DNA from: an uncultured Pseudomonadota bacterium
GTDB taxonomy: Bacteria; Pseudomonadota; Alphaproteobacteria; RF32; CAG-239
Assembly: GCA_949290295.1 (NCBI GenBank)
Contig: CASERH010000001.1
Coordinates: 67,969 to 131,968, forward strand
Direction: 5' to 3'
DNA: 64,000 nt
Shown piece by piece: positions 8,822 through 18,048 of this stretch (positions are counted from its first letter, which is position 1; every line of letters starts with the position of its first letter). The position numbers were made by a program, and so were the translations under genes. The notes below the pieces were generated by a model, which saw only the letters and a list, made by a program, of their open reading frames with translations, was not told where the DNA came from and did no database searches.

Positions 8822-9793
8822 TTAGATATTTTCTAAAACACCCATCAATTGTTTGAAATCTGTTGGAAAATAAGATTCAAAAAACATTTGTTTTTGAGTT
8901 TTTGGATGAATAAAGCCGAGGCTTTTGGCGTGCAGGGCTTGCCTTGGAAAATTATTAATAAAATCTCTTTTATCTGAAGGAATGGCCTTATTCGTAATTT
9001 TTTTTGCTTTAACATAGAGCTGGTCACCCACAAGATTACAACCGATTCTGCTCATATGCACTCTGATTTGGTGGGTTCGTCCGGTTTCAAGGTTACATTT
9101 AACAAGAGAAGCAACATTCTTGTAATTTTTAATGGTTTGATAGTGTGTCACGGCATGTTTGCCATTTTTTTGCACAACGGCCATTTTCTTGCGATCATAA
9201 GGACTACGACCTATATCGGCGTCAATTATACCATTAAGCGGGTTAGGCACCCCAAAAACAACGGCAAAATAGGTTCTTTCAATAGAGTGTTCGGCAAACT
9301 GAGCGCACAAATGCTGATGCGCGGCATCATTTTTTGCCACCACCAAAAGACCTGAAGTATCTTTATCTATCCGATGCACAATTCCCGGACGTTTCACCCC
9401 GCCGATACCGGAGAGATCTTTGCAATGGTAGAGCAAGGCATTAACCAAGGTTTTATCTGGAGCTCCTGGAGCCGGATGAACGGTCATTCCGGCAGGTTTA
9501 TTAACCACGATAATGTCTTCGTCTTCATAGATGATATCAAGCGGGATATTTTGAGGTTGCGGTTCGGCATCAACTGCAGGAGGAACAAGAATTTGGTAGA
9601 TGTCACCTTCCTTTACCTTAAAAGAGTTATCTCCAATGGTGTCTTCGTCACAAGTAACATTACCCAAGGCAATAAGACGCTGCACTTGGGAGCGAGAAAC
9701 ATCAGGAAAACAATCGCTTAAAAACTTATCGATTCTTTTTCCCTTATAATCTTTATTAACCATTGGTGTGGTATAAATAACCGCATCAGACAT
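8822..9793 (-). CDS. rluD: 23S rRNA pseudouridine synthase, RluD/RluA family
   Basis: S4 domain at the N-terminus. Catalytic motif HRIDKDTSGLLVVAKN. Adjacent to rpoH, as in many alphaproteobacteria. Confidence 0.8.
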   Translation of the reverse strand: MSDAVIYTTPMVNKDYKGKRIDKFLSDCFPDVSRSQVQRLIALGNVTCDEDTIGDNSFKVKEGDIYQILVPPAVDAEPQPQNIPLDIIYEDEDIIVVNKPAGMTVHPAPGAPDKTLVNALLYHCKDLSGIGGVKRPGIVHRIDKDTSGLLVVAKNDAAHQHLCAQFAEHSIERTYFAVVFGVPNPLNGIIDADIGRSPYDRKKMAVVQKNGKHAVTHYQTIKNYKNVASLVKCNLETGRTHQIRVHMSRIGCNLVGDQLYVKAKKITNKAIPSDKRDFINNFPRQALHAKSLGFIHPKTQKQMFFESYFPTDFKQLMGVLENI

Positions 9794-9868
9794 AATTGAG
9801 GCCTAAAAAGTTAAAAACTTAAGGCTTATAATAGAGACAAAAAACAAACTTGCAAGCGAGATTTAGGC

Positions 9869-10144
9869 ATGGACAAACTCAAATTAATTAAAACTGTTGT
9901 TGTTATTTTAACTTTTTTATTGGTTTTTGGCATATTAACAGCACTGGGAAGTATTTACAAGAAAGTATCAGCACCGGCAAAAGAGATAGAAAACATTGAC
10001 CTCAAACAACCAACCGGCAGCAGCATAGAAGATTTTAAGGTAGAAAACGGCAAGCTCTATCTCCTAGTTAAGTATGGTGGCGAAAACGACCGTATTTTAA
10101 TCATAGAGCCCGGCAAAGCTCCTGCGGAAATAAAGATTAATTAA
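9869..10144 (+). CDS. Small single-pass membrane protein; first gene of the accessory operon
   Basis: N-terminal TM (VVVILTFLLVFGILTALG) and a beta-rich C-terminus. No family recognised. Confidence 0.35.
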   Translation: MDKLKLIKTVVVILTFLLVFGILTALGSIYKKVSAPAKEIENIDLKQPTGSSIEDFKVENGKLYLLVKYGGENDRILIIEPGKAPAEIKIN

Positions 10145-10156
10145 AAGGAGGATGAA

Positions 10157-11005
10157 ATGGCTGAAACAGATTCTCAAGATGAATTTGACCGTCTTTTAGA
10201 TGACTTCATCTCTCAGCAACTGGCTGATGCGGAAGACAACCTCACAGACCTCGCTGAGCTGAAAGAAACAGGCAAACCAGCGCCTCAATATCCGGAAGAT
10301 GAAGCCGAAACTATTCAAAAGCTCTACCAAGAAGAGCGCCAGCTATACGACGCCTACCACAATTTTCGCAACGCTATAACAGCTGTTGCCAAAAATGCCA
10401 ACATGGAACCGCCGCATTTTGAATTTGGTGCCAGATATATCTACCCACGCTTTCGCCCTTCCAGAACCAAACAACTCAACCAAGATATCTTCAGTGGTTG
10501 GGAGCTCTTGGCCATGGCGCAACCGGTCAGACTGTCATCTCTGCCGGCCAACGCCTCGGATGAGCAAATTTTAAATTTTGCCGAAAAAACAACCGATGAG
10601 AACTTGCAATGCGCTCTAATTTCTTATGTCGAAATCTTAATAGAGCTGGATGGTTGCGAAATTGCCTACAATATGCGCAAAGCCAAAGCCGAAAAGCGCA
10701 AAATAGAAAAAGAGATTTTTGAGGAACACCAACGCCGCAAAGAGCGGATGAAAAAGTATATTGAAGCCATCGAGGCACAGCATTTTCCGATAGATGCGGA
10801 AAGATTGGTCAACAACTTTTTCAAAAGCGTACGCAAAGATCCCGAAGGCGCACAAAAGATATTAGAAACGAATCCGGCCACCTTTGCGCCCATCCAGGTA
10901 GAAAAGATTCCGCCACGCTTTTTTGGGATGATAAAGCCCAAACCGGAAGACGGAATCAGAGTAAATAAAGAAATCGGAAAATTTTTGAAGAATTTGAAGG
11001 TCTAA
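10157..11005 (+). CDS. Hypothetical acidic cytoplasmic protein of 282 aa
   Basis: 13-nt spacing after the previous gene. Acidic N-terminus (DEFDRLLDDF) and a K/E-rich coiled region. No motif recognised. Confidence 0.35.
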   Translation: MAETDSQDEFDRLLDDFISQQLADAEDNLTDLAELKETGKPAPQYPEDEAETIQKLYQEERQLYDAYHNFRNAITAVAKNANMEPPHFEFGARYIYPRFRPSRTKQLNQDIFSGWELLAMAQPVRLSSLPANASDEQILNFAEKTTDENLQCALISYVEILIELDGCEIAYNMRKAKAEKRKIEKEIFEEHQRRKERMKKYIEAIEAQHFPIDAERLVNNFFKSVRKDPEGAQKILETNPATFAPIQVEKIPPRFFGMIKPKPEDGIRVNKEIGKFLKNLKV

Positions 11006-11083
11006 ATGGTACAAAAATATAGACAAAATTCAAATTTATGATAAGATATAGATAATATACTTTCACAAAGAAAGGAATTAACC

Positions 11084-12775
11084 ATGGCAAAAGAAACCTC
11101 CTCTCCACGCAAAGAAGCACAAGCAGCAGCCAACAGCGGTAGAAAAAGCGGAGAAGAAAACACAAGAACAACAAACAGAGCCCCAACGGAGGCAACCAGA
11201 CCTGTCACACCAACATCAGGGGCGGGAAGCACGCCTACCGGTAGTGGAGAAAGCGGCACAAGTAGCAGCCCCACCCCGCAGCAAAATGATGGAAATTCTG
11301 GGCAAAAACCCGTCACGGTTAATCAAGCAACTCCTCAACCCGATAAATCAACAGACCGAGAGTTTACCGCTGAAGATCTCTCCGATTATGTTGCCTCACT
11401 TGCCAAAAAAGACCCTAAAGAATTATCGGTTGAAGAATTAAATGTCCTCAAAGAAAACACCTCGGATCCTGAAGAAAGACAAAAATACGAGGATATGATA
11501 AACCAACGCAATCTTCCTGGAGACGGAAAGGCACCTGAAGCAGGAAAGATTGAAAAGACTGATGACCCTGATGATCCCAAAGAAGATGACGACAAATTTG
11601 ATATTCAACAAGGCGATTTCATTGAATTCTTAATGAAAGATGTAGTGTTGGCCGCAGCGGCTTGGGGAGGCAAGAAGGTTTCAGGCCAAGTTGGTCTTTG
11701 GACATACCGAGGTCTTTCTTGGGCATATCACAAAGTAGATGATAAACTCTATACTCCAGCTAAAAAAGAACTTGCGGAAGCCTGGGATAACCTAAAGAAA
11801 AACACCAAAGAGGCCTTCAGAACCGTAGAACAATACCAAGTAAAAGATACCTTAACTGGCGACAACAGCACCGTACAATTCACTCATGAAGTTTTAAAAG
11901 AGCACAACAAGGTTATTGACGATGCCTTAAAAAGTCCCAAAAGAATTGAAGCCTTTGGTCGTTTTGCCGCAGCCGTGGTCAATGGTAAGTTAAAGGAGGG
12001 AACTTACAATCAAAATGGCCATGCTGTTTGGTTTGATAAAGAAACCCGCACCACTATTCCGCTTGAAGGCAAAACAATGCAGGATCTCATTAAAATGGTG
12101 CAGGAAACATCTCAAGCCATAGACGCCTCAGACAGACCAGTCGGAGAAAAAACCGCCCTAAAAGACCTGGCAGCCAAAGACTTTTCGGTTATAGTCGGAA
12201 CCTACACCCTGCTTGAAGGCCAAAAAAACATCTTTATGTCCAACATGGCCACCGCCACACTTCTGCAAATGAAGGCGGAAAATAAAGATTATCAATACTC
12301 AAAAGAAGAGCTTGAGGCCATGAAAAATCGTGCCGCCATAACCTTTTTCACCGAGCTGAGAAAAATAAGAAACGGTCAAAGCCAGTTCAAAACGGTTGAG
12401 GAATTTTTGGAAGCCAGCGGCAAAGCTGTCCAAACAGCCTACAACAATGTTGAAAAAGGACGCTATGATGAAAAAGGCAAAATGCCGCCAGCTAATGCAG
12501 AGTTAGTCCTGCTCAACAACCTCAACACATTGCAACGCCAAGAAAATCCCCAGGACATGTTAGCAGAGGCCATGCTGTTTAGCGAGACAATGAGAAAGCT
12601 ACAAGAGCGCCACAATAACGTGATTGCCCAAGAGGAGGCCGCTCGCAATGCACGAACTGGTAGAGGTAGAGAAGACAGAAGAACAAACGGAGATAGAGGA
12701 AACAATGGCGGTAGAGAAACCGGTGGCGATAGAGGAACCGGCGGTGGCAGAAGAAACAGCGGAGGAAGAGATTAG
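11084..12775 (+). CDS. Hypothetical 563-aa protein with a disordered S/T/P/G-rich N-terminus and a C-terminal RGG/GGR repeat tail
   Basis: First 100 aa are low-complexity (TPTSGAGSTPTGSGESGTSSSPTP). C-terminus is RTGRGREDRRTNGDRGNNGGRETGGDRGTGGGRRNSGGRD. The middle is a globular helical domain. Confidence 0.4.
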   Translation: MAKETSSPRKEAQAAANSGRKSGEENTRTTNRAPTEATRPVTPTSGAGSTPTGSGESGTSSSPTPQQNDGNSGQKPVTVNQATPQPDKSTDREFTAEDLSDYVASLAKKDPKELSVEELNVLKENTSDPEERQKYEDMINQRNLPGDGKAPEAGKIEKTDDPDDPKEDDDKFDIQQGDFIEFLMKDVVLAAAAWGGKKVSGQVGLWTYRGLSWAYHKVDDKLYTPAKKELAEAWDNLKKNTKEAFRTVEQYQVKDTLTGDNSTVQFTHEVLKEHNKVIDDALKSPKRIEAFGRFAAAVVNGKLKEGTYNQNGHAVWFDKETRTTIPLEGKTMQDLIKMVQETSQAIDASDRPVGEKTALKDLAAKDFSVIVGTYTLLEGQKNIFMSNMATATLLQMKAENKDYQYSKEELEAMKNRAAITFFTELRKIRNGQSQFKTVEEFLEASGKAVQTAYNNVEKGRYDEKGKMPPANAELVLLNNLNTLQRQENPQDMLAEAMLFSETMRKLQERHNNVIAQEEAARNARTGRGREDRRTNGDRGNNGGRETGGDRGTGGGRRNSGGRD

Positions 12776-13263
12776 TGAAAAAAATCTACAAAATCTTTAG
12801 AACAAGCTTAATTGGAATACTCTGGACATACCTTTTCCTTATTGCCGCCAATTATACGATGTATCAGTTATGGAGTTTCAATTTCATGTCTGCCCGCAGT
12901 TGGCAAACAATTTCTCGTTTTTGGGAAAGCGGCGGAGTTATAAACACAACAGCAGACTACGTCTTTTTGCTAATGCTTTTTGCTCTGCCTTTTTTATGGA
13001 TTTGGGGCTGGATAAAAGCGCTAAAAATAGATTATTTGAGCATTTTTCTCTATCCAATTAATGCTTATAACCGCTACATCATCAACAAATATGGTCACGA
13101 TTCCTCAAGAATAGTTTTGAAGAATCTAAAATCCAGCCAAAAAATGATAGAAGAAATAAAAAGTCAGCTGGAATCCATAAAACCGGCAAAGACCAAAGAA
13201 GTTGGCAACATTCGTGCCGAGGTACAAAAACAACTAGAAAAATTAAATACCCCAAAACACTAA
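12775..13263 (+). CDS. Polytopic membrane protein, paralog A
   Basis: GTG start overlapping the previous stop (TAGTG). Its N-terminal 90 aa align to the N-terminus of the next gene (I..W..LFL...W.F....W....W.SG.VI....F.L....W..GW.AL). Confidence 0.45.
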   Translation: MKKIYKIFRTSLIGILWTYLFLIAANYTMYQLWSFNFMSARSWQTISRFWESGGVINTTADYVFLLMLFALPFLWIWGWIKALKIDYLSIFLYPINAYNRYIINKYGHDSSRIVLKNLKSSQKMIEEIKSQLESIKPAKTKEVGNIRAEVQKQLEKLNTPKH

Positions 13264-13322
13264 ACAGTTATTAACCAATTTTGTGCTAGAATACAAAATA
13301 AAAACGTTGGAGAGCCGAGTAT

Positions 13323-14585
13323 TTGAAACCGCTTTTAATTTTAATACGAATAGCCTTTGTAGGTATCTTCTGGAGCATTTTGTTTCTAGAAGGTATTCGT
13401 GTTATTATGCTGACCAACTGGCATTTTGATATTTTGCGCATAGATCACTGGCTGTATGCCTGGAATTTATGGCTTTCTGGCTGGGTCATTGATGACCCTA
13501 AAGAATGGGCCTTTATCCTGATAATCTTGACTTTTGTTCCTGTTTGGCTGACGGGCTGGACCGCCTTAAGCCTAATTCACTGGGGTAAAATTATAGCAAA
13601 CGTACTTGAGCTGCCAATCAAATTGTTCAATAAGTTATTTGAAAAACAAGTCAAAAAAATTGCCAATACAGCCAGTGTCAAGGTTGTAAAGAAAAAAAGG
13701 TCCTACAAAGAGATTCGCCCGCGCAGCATTCGTCCACCTCTGGAAGAAAGCGCCTACGCCCTGCCGGCAGACAAAAAGGCGGCTCTTTCCGGTATAGCTC
13801 CCAAGAGCATCCCCATTTCCAAGCCCGCCAATAACATCACCAAAGAGGTTGATGCGCCTGTTGAGTTTAGCCATTCTCTGTTTAAGTTCGATGACGACGA
13901 CAACAGCGGATTTGACTTTGATTTATTTGATGAAACTCCCAAAGAAGAGCCTGCAAAACAAGAGCCAACCCCAACAAAAGAATCCGCAAAACAAGAGAAC
14001 AAAGCTCCAAACACAAAAGCACAAAGGAATGACAATAAGGGCAAAGGTGGTCAAAAGAACATCTCCTCCCCCGCACCTCATGGCAGTACCAATTCAACCT
14101 TAGAGGTCCTGAAACAGAAAGGATATGAAGTCATCACGGGAGCCACCATAAAGAGCACGCTTATAGATTTTATAGGTGTTTCGGGCACTCAGATTTGCCT
14201 TTGCTTAAACGATAAAGAACCGGGAGATTGGTTGGCGGATGAAGAGCGTTTCAATGATGAAGAACCTCTGTGGTTTTCAGAAAGTTCGCACAGAATTTCT
14301 CCTGTCAGAAAAATAGATATTGCGCGTTTAATTTTAACGGATAAGCTAACCGAAGCCGAGATGTCTTTCAAGGTAGAAGCTTATGTTATTGAACAAATCG
14401 GCAATATAATCAACGCGGAGGATATGTTTGATATTTGGGATAATATGAACATTCATGTTACCAGAATTGACAGAGGAACCCCCAAAGAAATAAAGTTATT
14501 TAATAAAACACTGGAAGAAGCCGAAGGTAAAATTGATAAGGCTGATTTTGATAAAGTTAGAAAACTAATTCGCAGTATTGCATAA
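13323..14585 (+). CDS. Membrane protein, paralog B, with a low-complexity linker and a C-terminal cytoplasmic domain; candidate T4CP partner
   Basis: TTG start 13 nt after a GGAGAG RBS. TM N-domain homologous to paralog A. K/E/P-rich linker and D/F-rich acidic patch (FKFDDDDNSGFDFDLFDE). It sits immediately upstream of the T4CP. Confidence 0.45.
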   Translation: MKPLLILIRIAFVGIFWSILFLEGIRVIMLTNWHFDILRIDHWLYAWNLWLSGWVIDDPKEWAFILIILTFVPVWLTGWTALSLIHWGKIIANVLELPIKLFNKLFEKQVKKIANTASVKVVKKKRSYKEIRPRSIRPPLEESAYALPADKKAALSGIAPKSIPISKPANNITKEVDAPVEFSHSLFKFDDDDNSGFDFDLFDETPKEEPAKQEPTPTKESAKQENKAPNTKAQRNDNKGKGGQKNISSPAPHGSTNSTLEVLKQKGYEVITGATIKSTLIDFIGVSGTQICLCLNDKEPGDWLADEERFNDEEPLWFSESSHRISPVRKIDIARLILTDKLTEAEMSFKVEAYVIEQIGNIINAEDMFDIWDNMNIHVTRIDRGTPKEIKLFNKTLEEAEGKIDKADFDKVRKLIRSIA

Positions 14586-14598
14586 AAAAGAGGAATAA

Positions 14599-16866
14599 AT
14601 GGCAGTAGAGAAAAAAGGAGAAGAATGGGAAGAATATAACAGTGCCGTCCGCTGGATGGTAATAACGGTTATTATCTCCACTCTCATAACCATATTTTTA
14701 GCTTTGGTTTCAATGCCGTTAGGATACCTTATCGGCACGGGTATTTCAAAAGAAAGCTTAGGGGATGTTTCCCGCTTTTTTGACCTTGTATTCAATAAAC
14801 CTGGCTATCTTTATTCTCGCTATTGGAACTGGATAAAACAAGTTTTTAATTACCACGGTCCTTTTTCTGTAAGCCTGTGGATTCCTATTTTGCCCTTTAT
14901 CAGCCTCCCGGTTGGTTTAATTTTTGGGGTCATTACTAATCCATACAGATTCCAATCAAACATCCACGGCTCTGCCCGCTTGGCTACGGAAAAAGATATC
15001 AAAAAGATGGAACTGTTGGGATTCGATGGCTTTTGCCAAGTGGTTGGCAAATTCAACAATAAGCTTCTACTGTTGAAAGAAACGCTTTCCACGCTTTGTT
15101 GCGCACCTCCGGGAACCGGTAAAACAGCAGGAGTTGTTGTTCCGACAATTTTTCATTCACCGACCTTAAGCATCATCGTAAACGACCCCAAGCCGGAATT
15201 GTGTTTTCAAACATCCGGTGCCAGAGCCAAGGTTGGTCCTGTTTTTATCATCAACTGGGGTATGGAAGATAATCCTGCGGAAGGCATATACTACCCAAGT
15301 TGGAATCCTCTTTCTCCCGGTGCGGTACCGGCGCCTGGACCTTCCAGAGATATGTATGTAGATTCCATGTGCAAGGTTTTGGTAGAAGACCCCAAAGGAG
15401 GAGCAGACCCTCACTGGTCGACAACTGGTCGTGCGGCCCTAACCGGCTTTATCCACTTTATAGTTTCCAAGTGCGAAAAAGCAAGAGCTAATGACTACTT
15501 TATCGGCCGAGTTTATGAAGGCAAGTTAGACGAAGAAGATAAAAAGGTTCTGGAAGGCTACTATTTGGAAATGAATGATCCTGCAGCCGCCAGAGCTCTT
15601 CAAAATTTAAGAAACAATACCCTAAACATAGACAACTATTTACCGATTGGTACCTGGGCTTTGTTGCCGGAAAAATGGATTGGGCGAGAAGCCTGCATAG
15701 CCATGATTTTGGAGTGGATTACAGAGGCACAAATTAAACAATCTCAGGATATCAAACGCCGTATGGATGAAGGCGACCAAATGGCGGCCATGGCAGACCC
15801 CATGAGAGATTTGTTGGAGGAAGCTATTGAAGAGGCTCGTAAATTTGGCTACACGCAACGCTGTATCGTTGAGTTGAGCCAGTTAAGCTCTATGCCGGAT
15901 AAAGAAAGAGGCTCTGTTCTTTCAACCGCTTTTGCCGGCATCAACATCTTCAAAAACTCCGCCGTGGTAGCCCGTACAAGCTTCAGCGATTTGGCCTTCA
16001 AAGACTTGCGAGGACTAAAAGACCCCATTACCGGGGAATTTAAGCCTATTTCCGTTTATCTTTCGGTAAACCAAGTAGATGCCAGAGCTTTGAGTGTAAT
16101 TTCAGGAACATTCATTGACCTGATGTCCTCTTATCTGATAGCAAATCCACCCAAATTTAAGAATCCGACCGACGGTCAGATGGGTCCCTACTCCTGCCTA
16201 TTTGTACTAGACGAGTTTCCAACCATGCCCAAACTACGAGCCGTTATCGACGGGCCGGCAGTTGGACGTGGCCAAAAAGTATCATACTTGCTGATTGGCC
16301 AAGATTTGGGCCAAATATCCGGTAAATATGGTAAAGATGACCTCGAAACGGTTATCTCCACAACAGCCTGTAAGGTTATCTTGTCCCAAAACAACGAGCA
16401 AACAGCCCAACGTTTCTCAAAAATGATTGGCAACAAAACTGTCCAAACAACGTCTTACTCAAAGAACGAAGGTGGTTTTGGAAAGGGTGTAAACCCCTTC
16501 TCTAAAAACGTAAGCTACCAGTTACAAGGTGTTTCGGTTATATCTACAACACAACTATTAAGCTTGCCAATGCTAAAACAAGTTGTTTTGATGCAAAGTT
16601 ACATCGACAGGCCGATCATGGCAGATTCTCCTCGTTGGTACTTGGATAAAAAGATGAAGGCTCTGCGCAACCTTCCACCGGCACCAAATGTCCCAGACTG
16701 GATTGTTGCTCAAAGAGAAGACATTAATGATGATATGTTGGCCAAACTGGGTATAGACTATGATCCAAACGAAGATTTTGATGATTCCGAGTTTGCAGAA
16801 GATGAGGAGTATGATGAATCTTCTGAAGAAGCAGAAGACACCTCTACCGAGCAAGCCCCTCAATAG
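14599..16866 (+). CDS. Type IV secretion coupling protein (T4CP), VirD4/TraG/DotL family ATPase
   Basis: Two N-terminal TM helices. HGSARLATEKDIKKMELL matches the VirD4 HGSARWA box. Walker A is CCAPPGTGKTAGVVVPTI. FVLDEFPTMPKL is the Walker B box FLLDEF, and LLIGQDLGQI is the T4CP IGQ/Q motif. C-terminal acidic tail is DDSEFAEDEEYDESSEEAEDTSTEQ. Confidence 0.8.
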   Translation: MAVEKKGEEWEEYNSAVRWMVITVIISTLITIFLALVSMPLGYLIGTGISKESLGDVSRFFDLVFNKPGYLYSRYWNWIKQVFNYHGPFSVSLWIPILPFISLPVGLIFGVITNPYRFQSNIHGSARLATEKDIKKMELLGFDGFCQVVGKFNNKLLLLKETLSTLCCAPPGTGKTAGVVVPTIFHSPTLSIIVNDPKPELCFQTSGARAKVGPVFIINWGMEDNPAEGIYYPSWNPLSPGAVPAPGPSRDMYVDSMCKVLVEDPKGGADPHWSTTGRAALTGFIHFIVSKCEKARANDYFIGRVYEGKLDEEDKKVLEGYYLEMNDPAAARALQNLRNNTLNIDNYLPIGTWALLPEKWIGREACIAMILEWITEAQIKQSQDIKRRMDEGDQMAAMADPMRDLLEEAIEEARKFGYTQRCIVELSQLSSMPDKERGSVLSTAFAGINIFKNSAVVARTSFSDLAFKDLRGLKDPITGEFKPISVYLSVNQVDARALSVISGTFIDLMSSYLIANPPKFKNPTDGQMGPYSCLFVLDEFPTMPKLRAVIDGPAVGRGQKVSYLLIGQDLGQISGKYGKDDLETVISTTACKVILSQNNEQTAQRFSKMIGNKTVQTTSYSKNEGGFGKGVNPFSKNVSYQLQGVSVISTTQLLSLPMLKQVVLMQSYIDRPIMADSPRWYLDKKMKALRNLPPAPNVPDWIVAQREDINDDMLAKLGIDYDPNEDFDDSEFAEDEEYDESSEEAEDTSTEQAPQ

Positions 16867-16875
16867 GATTCAAAA

Positions 16876-17430
16876 ATGTGGGAGTGGTCCAAATCACGAA
16901 AAAAAAACATTCACGAAGGGTCTTTGAAAAACCGCTTTGAAGACCTTATCTCTCCACCCTCGGCATCACCTTCTGACATTGAAATACCATCTCCGGAGCA
17001 GATGAAGGAGCTTGTTCTGAGCGAAATAAAAAGAGAAAATCTCCTCAACATTGAACTAAAAAAATGCACTTATCATCCGCAAACATGGAATGAGATGACC
17101 AAAAGCTCAACACAATACCTAAGAATGAGAAAAACATTTCTTAAACTAATAGGATATTCTGCACAAGAAGATTGCAGAAAAATAGGATTTGATGAAGAAG
17201 ATATAGAGCTACTAAAGGAAAAAATATCTCCGGAAAACTATAACACCCACATAAAGATTCCGCTTGAATTTGGTGGAAAATTAGACATGGATAACCTTTG
17301 CCTGATAAAAACGCACCCTCTGCATGACCAAATTCACCACTTGATAGACATTCAAATCAGTTGTGGTTTTTTGCAAAAATATAAATTTATTTATATTCCT
17401 TGGTTTGAAGGAAAAATTTATCATGATTAA
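16876..17430 (+). CDS. HNH/colicin-E9-type DNase toxin domain protein
   Basis: The C-terminal THIKIPLEFGGKLDMDNLCLIKTHPLHDQIHH aligns with the colicin E9 DNase HNH motif [30 protein letters not shown]. It starts 10 nt after the T4CP stop. Confidence 0.65.
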   Translation: MWEWSKSRKKNIHEGSLKNRFEDLISPPSASPSDIEIPSPEQMKELVLSEIKRENLLNIELKKCTYHPQTWNEMTKSSTQYLRMRKTFLKLIGYSAQEDCRKIGFDEEDIELLKEKISPENYNTHIKIPLEFGGKLDMDNLCLIKTHPLHDQIHHLIDIQISCGFLQKYKFIYIPWFEGKIYHD

Positions 17431-17869
17431 TTCTTTACTATCTCAAGCTCAAAAAACAAAACACTTTATCAGTTTTTCACCTATGGAACCTGCTTCCATA
17501 GAGCAAACAAACCAAGAGCTCATAAGCTCAGGCACCCCGCCTCTCCCATCTGATTTTTGCGACTTTTTAAGCTTGTGCGACGGAATTTATTATGATGGAT
17601 TAGAACTTTTTGGCACCAAAGAACACCCTCGCCCAACCAAAGAATATATTTTTACAAATATAATAAAGGCCAACAAACCTTTTTCAGAATACAGTTTTTT
17701 CTCACAAAAACTCATCATCGGAGGCATGTCTGAAAACTTTATTATATACGATTCCAAAAACAAGCTGTTTGCAGTCATAGACAGAATAAACCTATGCTCC
17801 CAGATAGAATTTTCTTCTTTTGAGGAGCTGTTGTCTCACCTTTTGCGCCATTGCGAAATAGAGCTTTAA
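17423..17869 (+). CDS. SUKH (SMI1/KNR4) superfamily immunity protein
   Basis: [26 protein letters not shown] matches the SUKH-1 LP.dY..FL...NGG...l.lfG signature. The ATG at 17423 overlaps the toxin stop (ATGATTAA). The ORF-track start at 17363 is probably too far upstream. Confidence 0.6.
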   Translation: MINSLLSQAQKTKHFISFSPMEPASIEQTNQELISSGTPPLPSDFCDFLSLCDGIYYDGLELFGTKEHPRPTKEYIFTNIIKANKPFSEYSFFSQKLIIGGMSENFIIYDSKNKLFAVIDRINLCSQIEFSSFEELLSHLLRHCEIEL

Positions 17870-18048
17870 TCAGAAGATGAATCCTCTTGATCTTCAAGTT
17901 GTCTCAAATCTTCCTCATCAATCTCCGTTGCCTCAAACCGATATTTCTCATTAAACCAATTACCAAGATCTATATCGGCACACCTTTTGCTGCAAAACGG
18001 ACGATATTTCATATCTGTCACTTCTTTTTTACAAATCGGGCATTTCAT
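17866..18048 (-). CDS. yacG: DNA gyrase inhibitor YacG (zinc finger)
   Basis: CPICKK...[12 protein letters not shown] pattern in a 60-aa protein with an acidic tail. Confidence 0.75.
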   Translation of the reverse strand: MKCPICKKEVTDMKYRPFCSKRCADIDLGNWFNEKYRFEATEIDEEDLRQLEDQEDSSSD

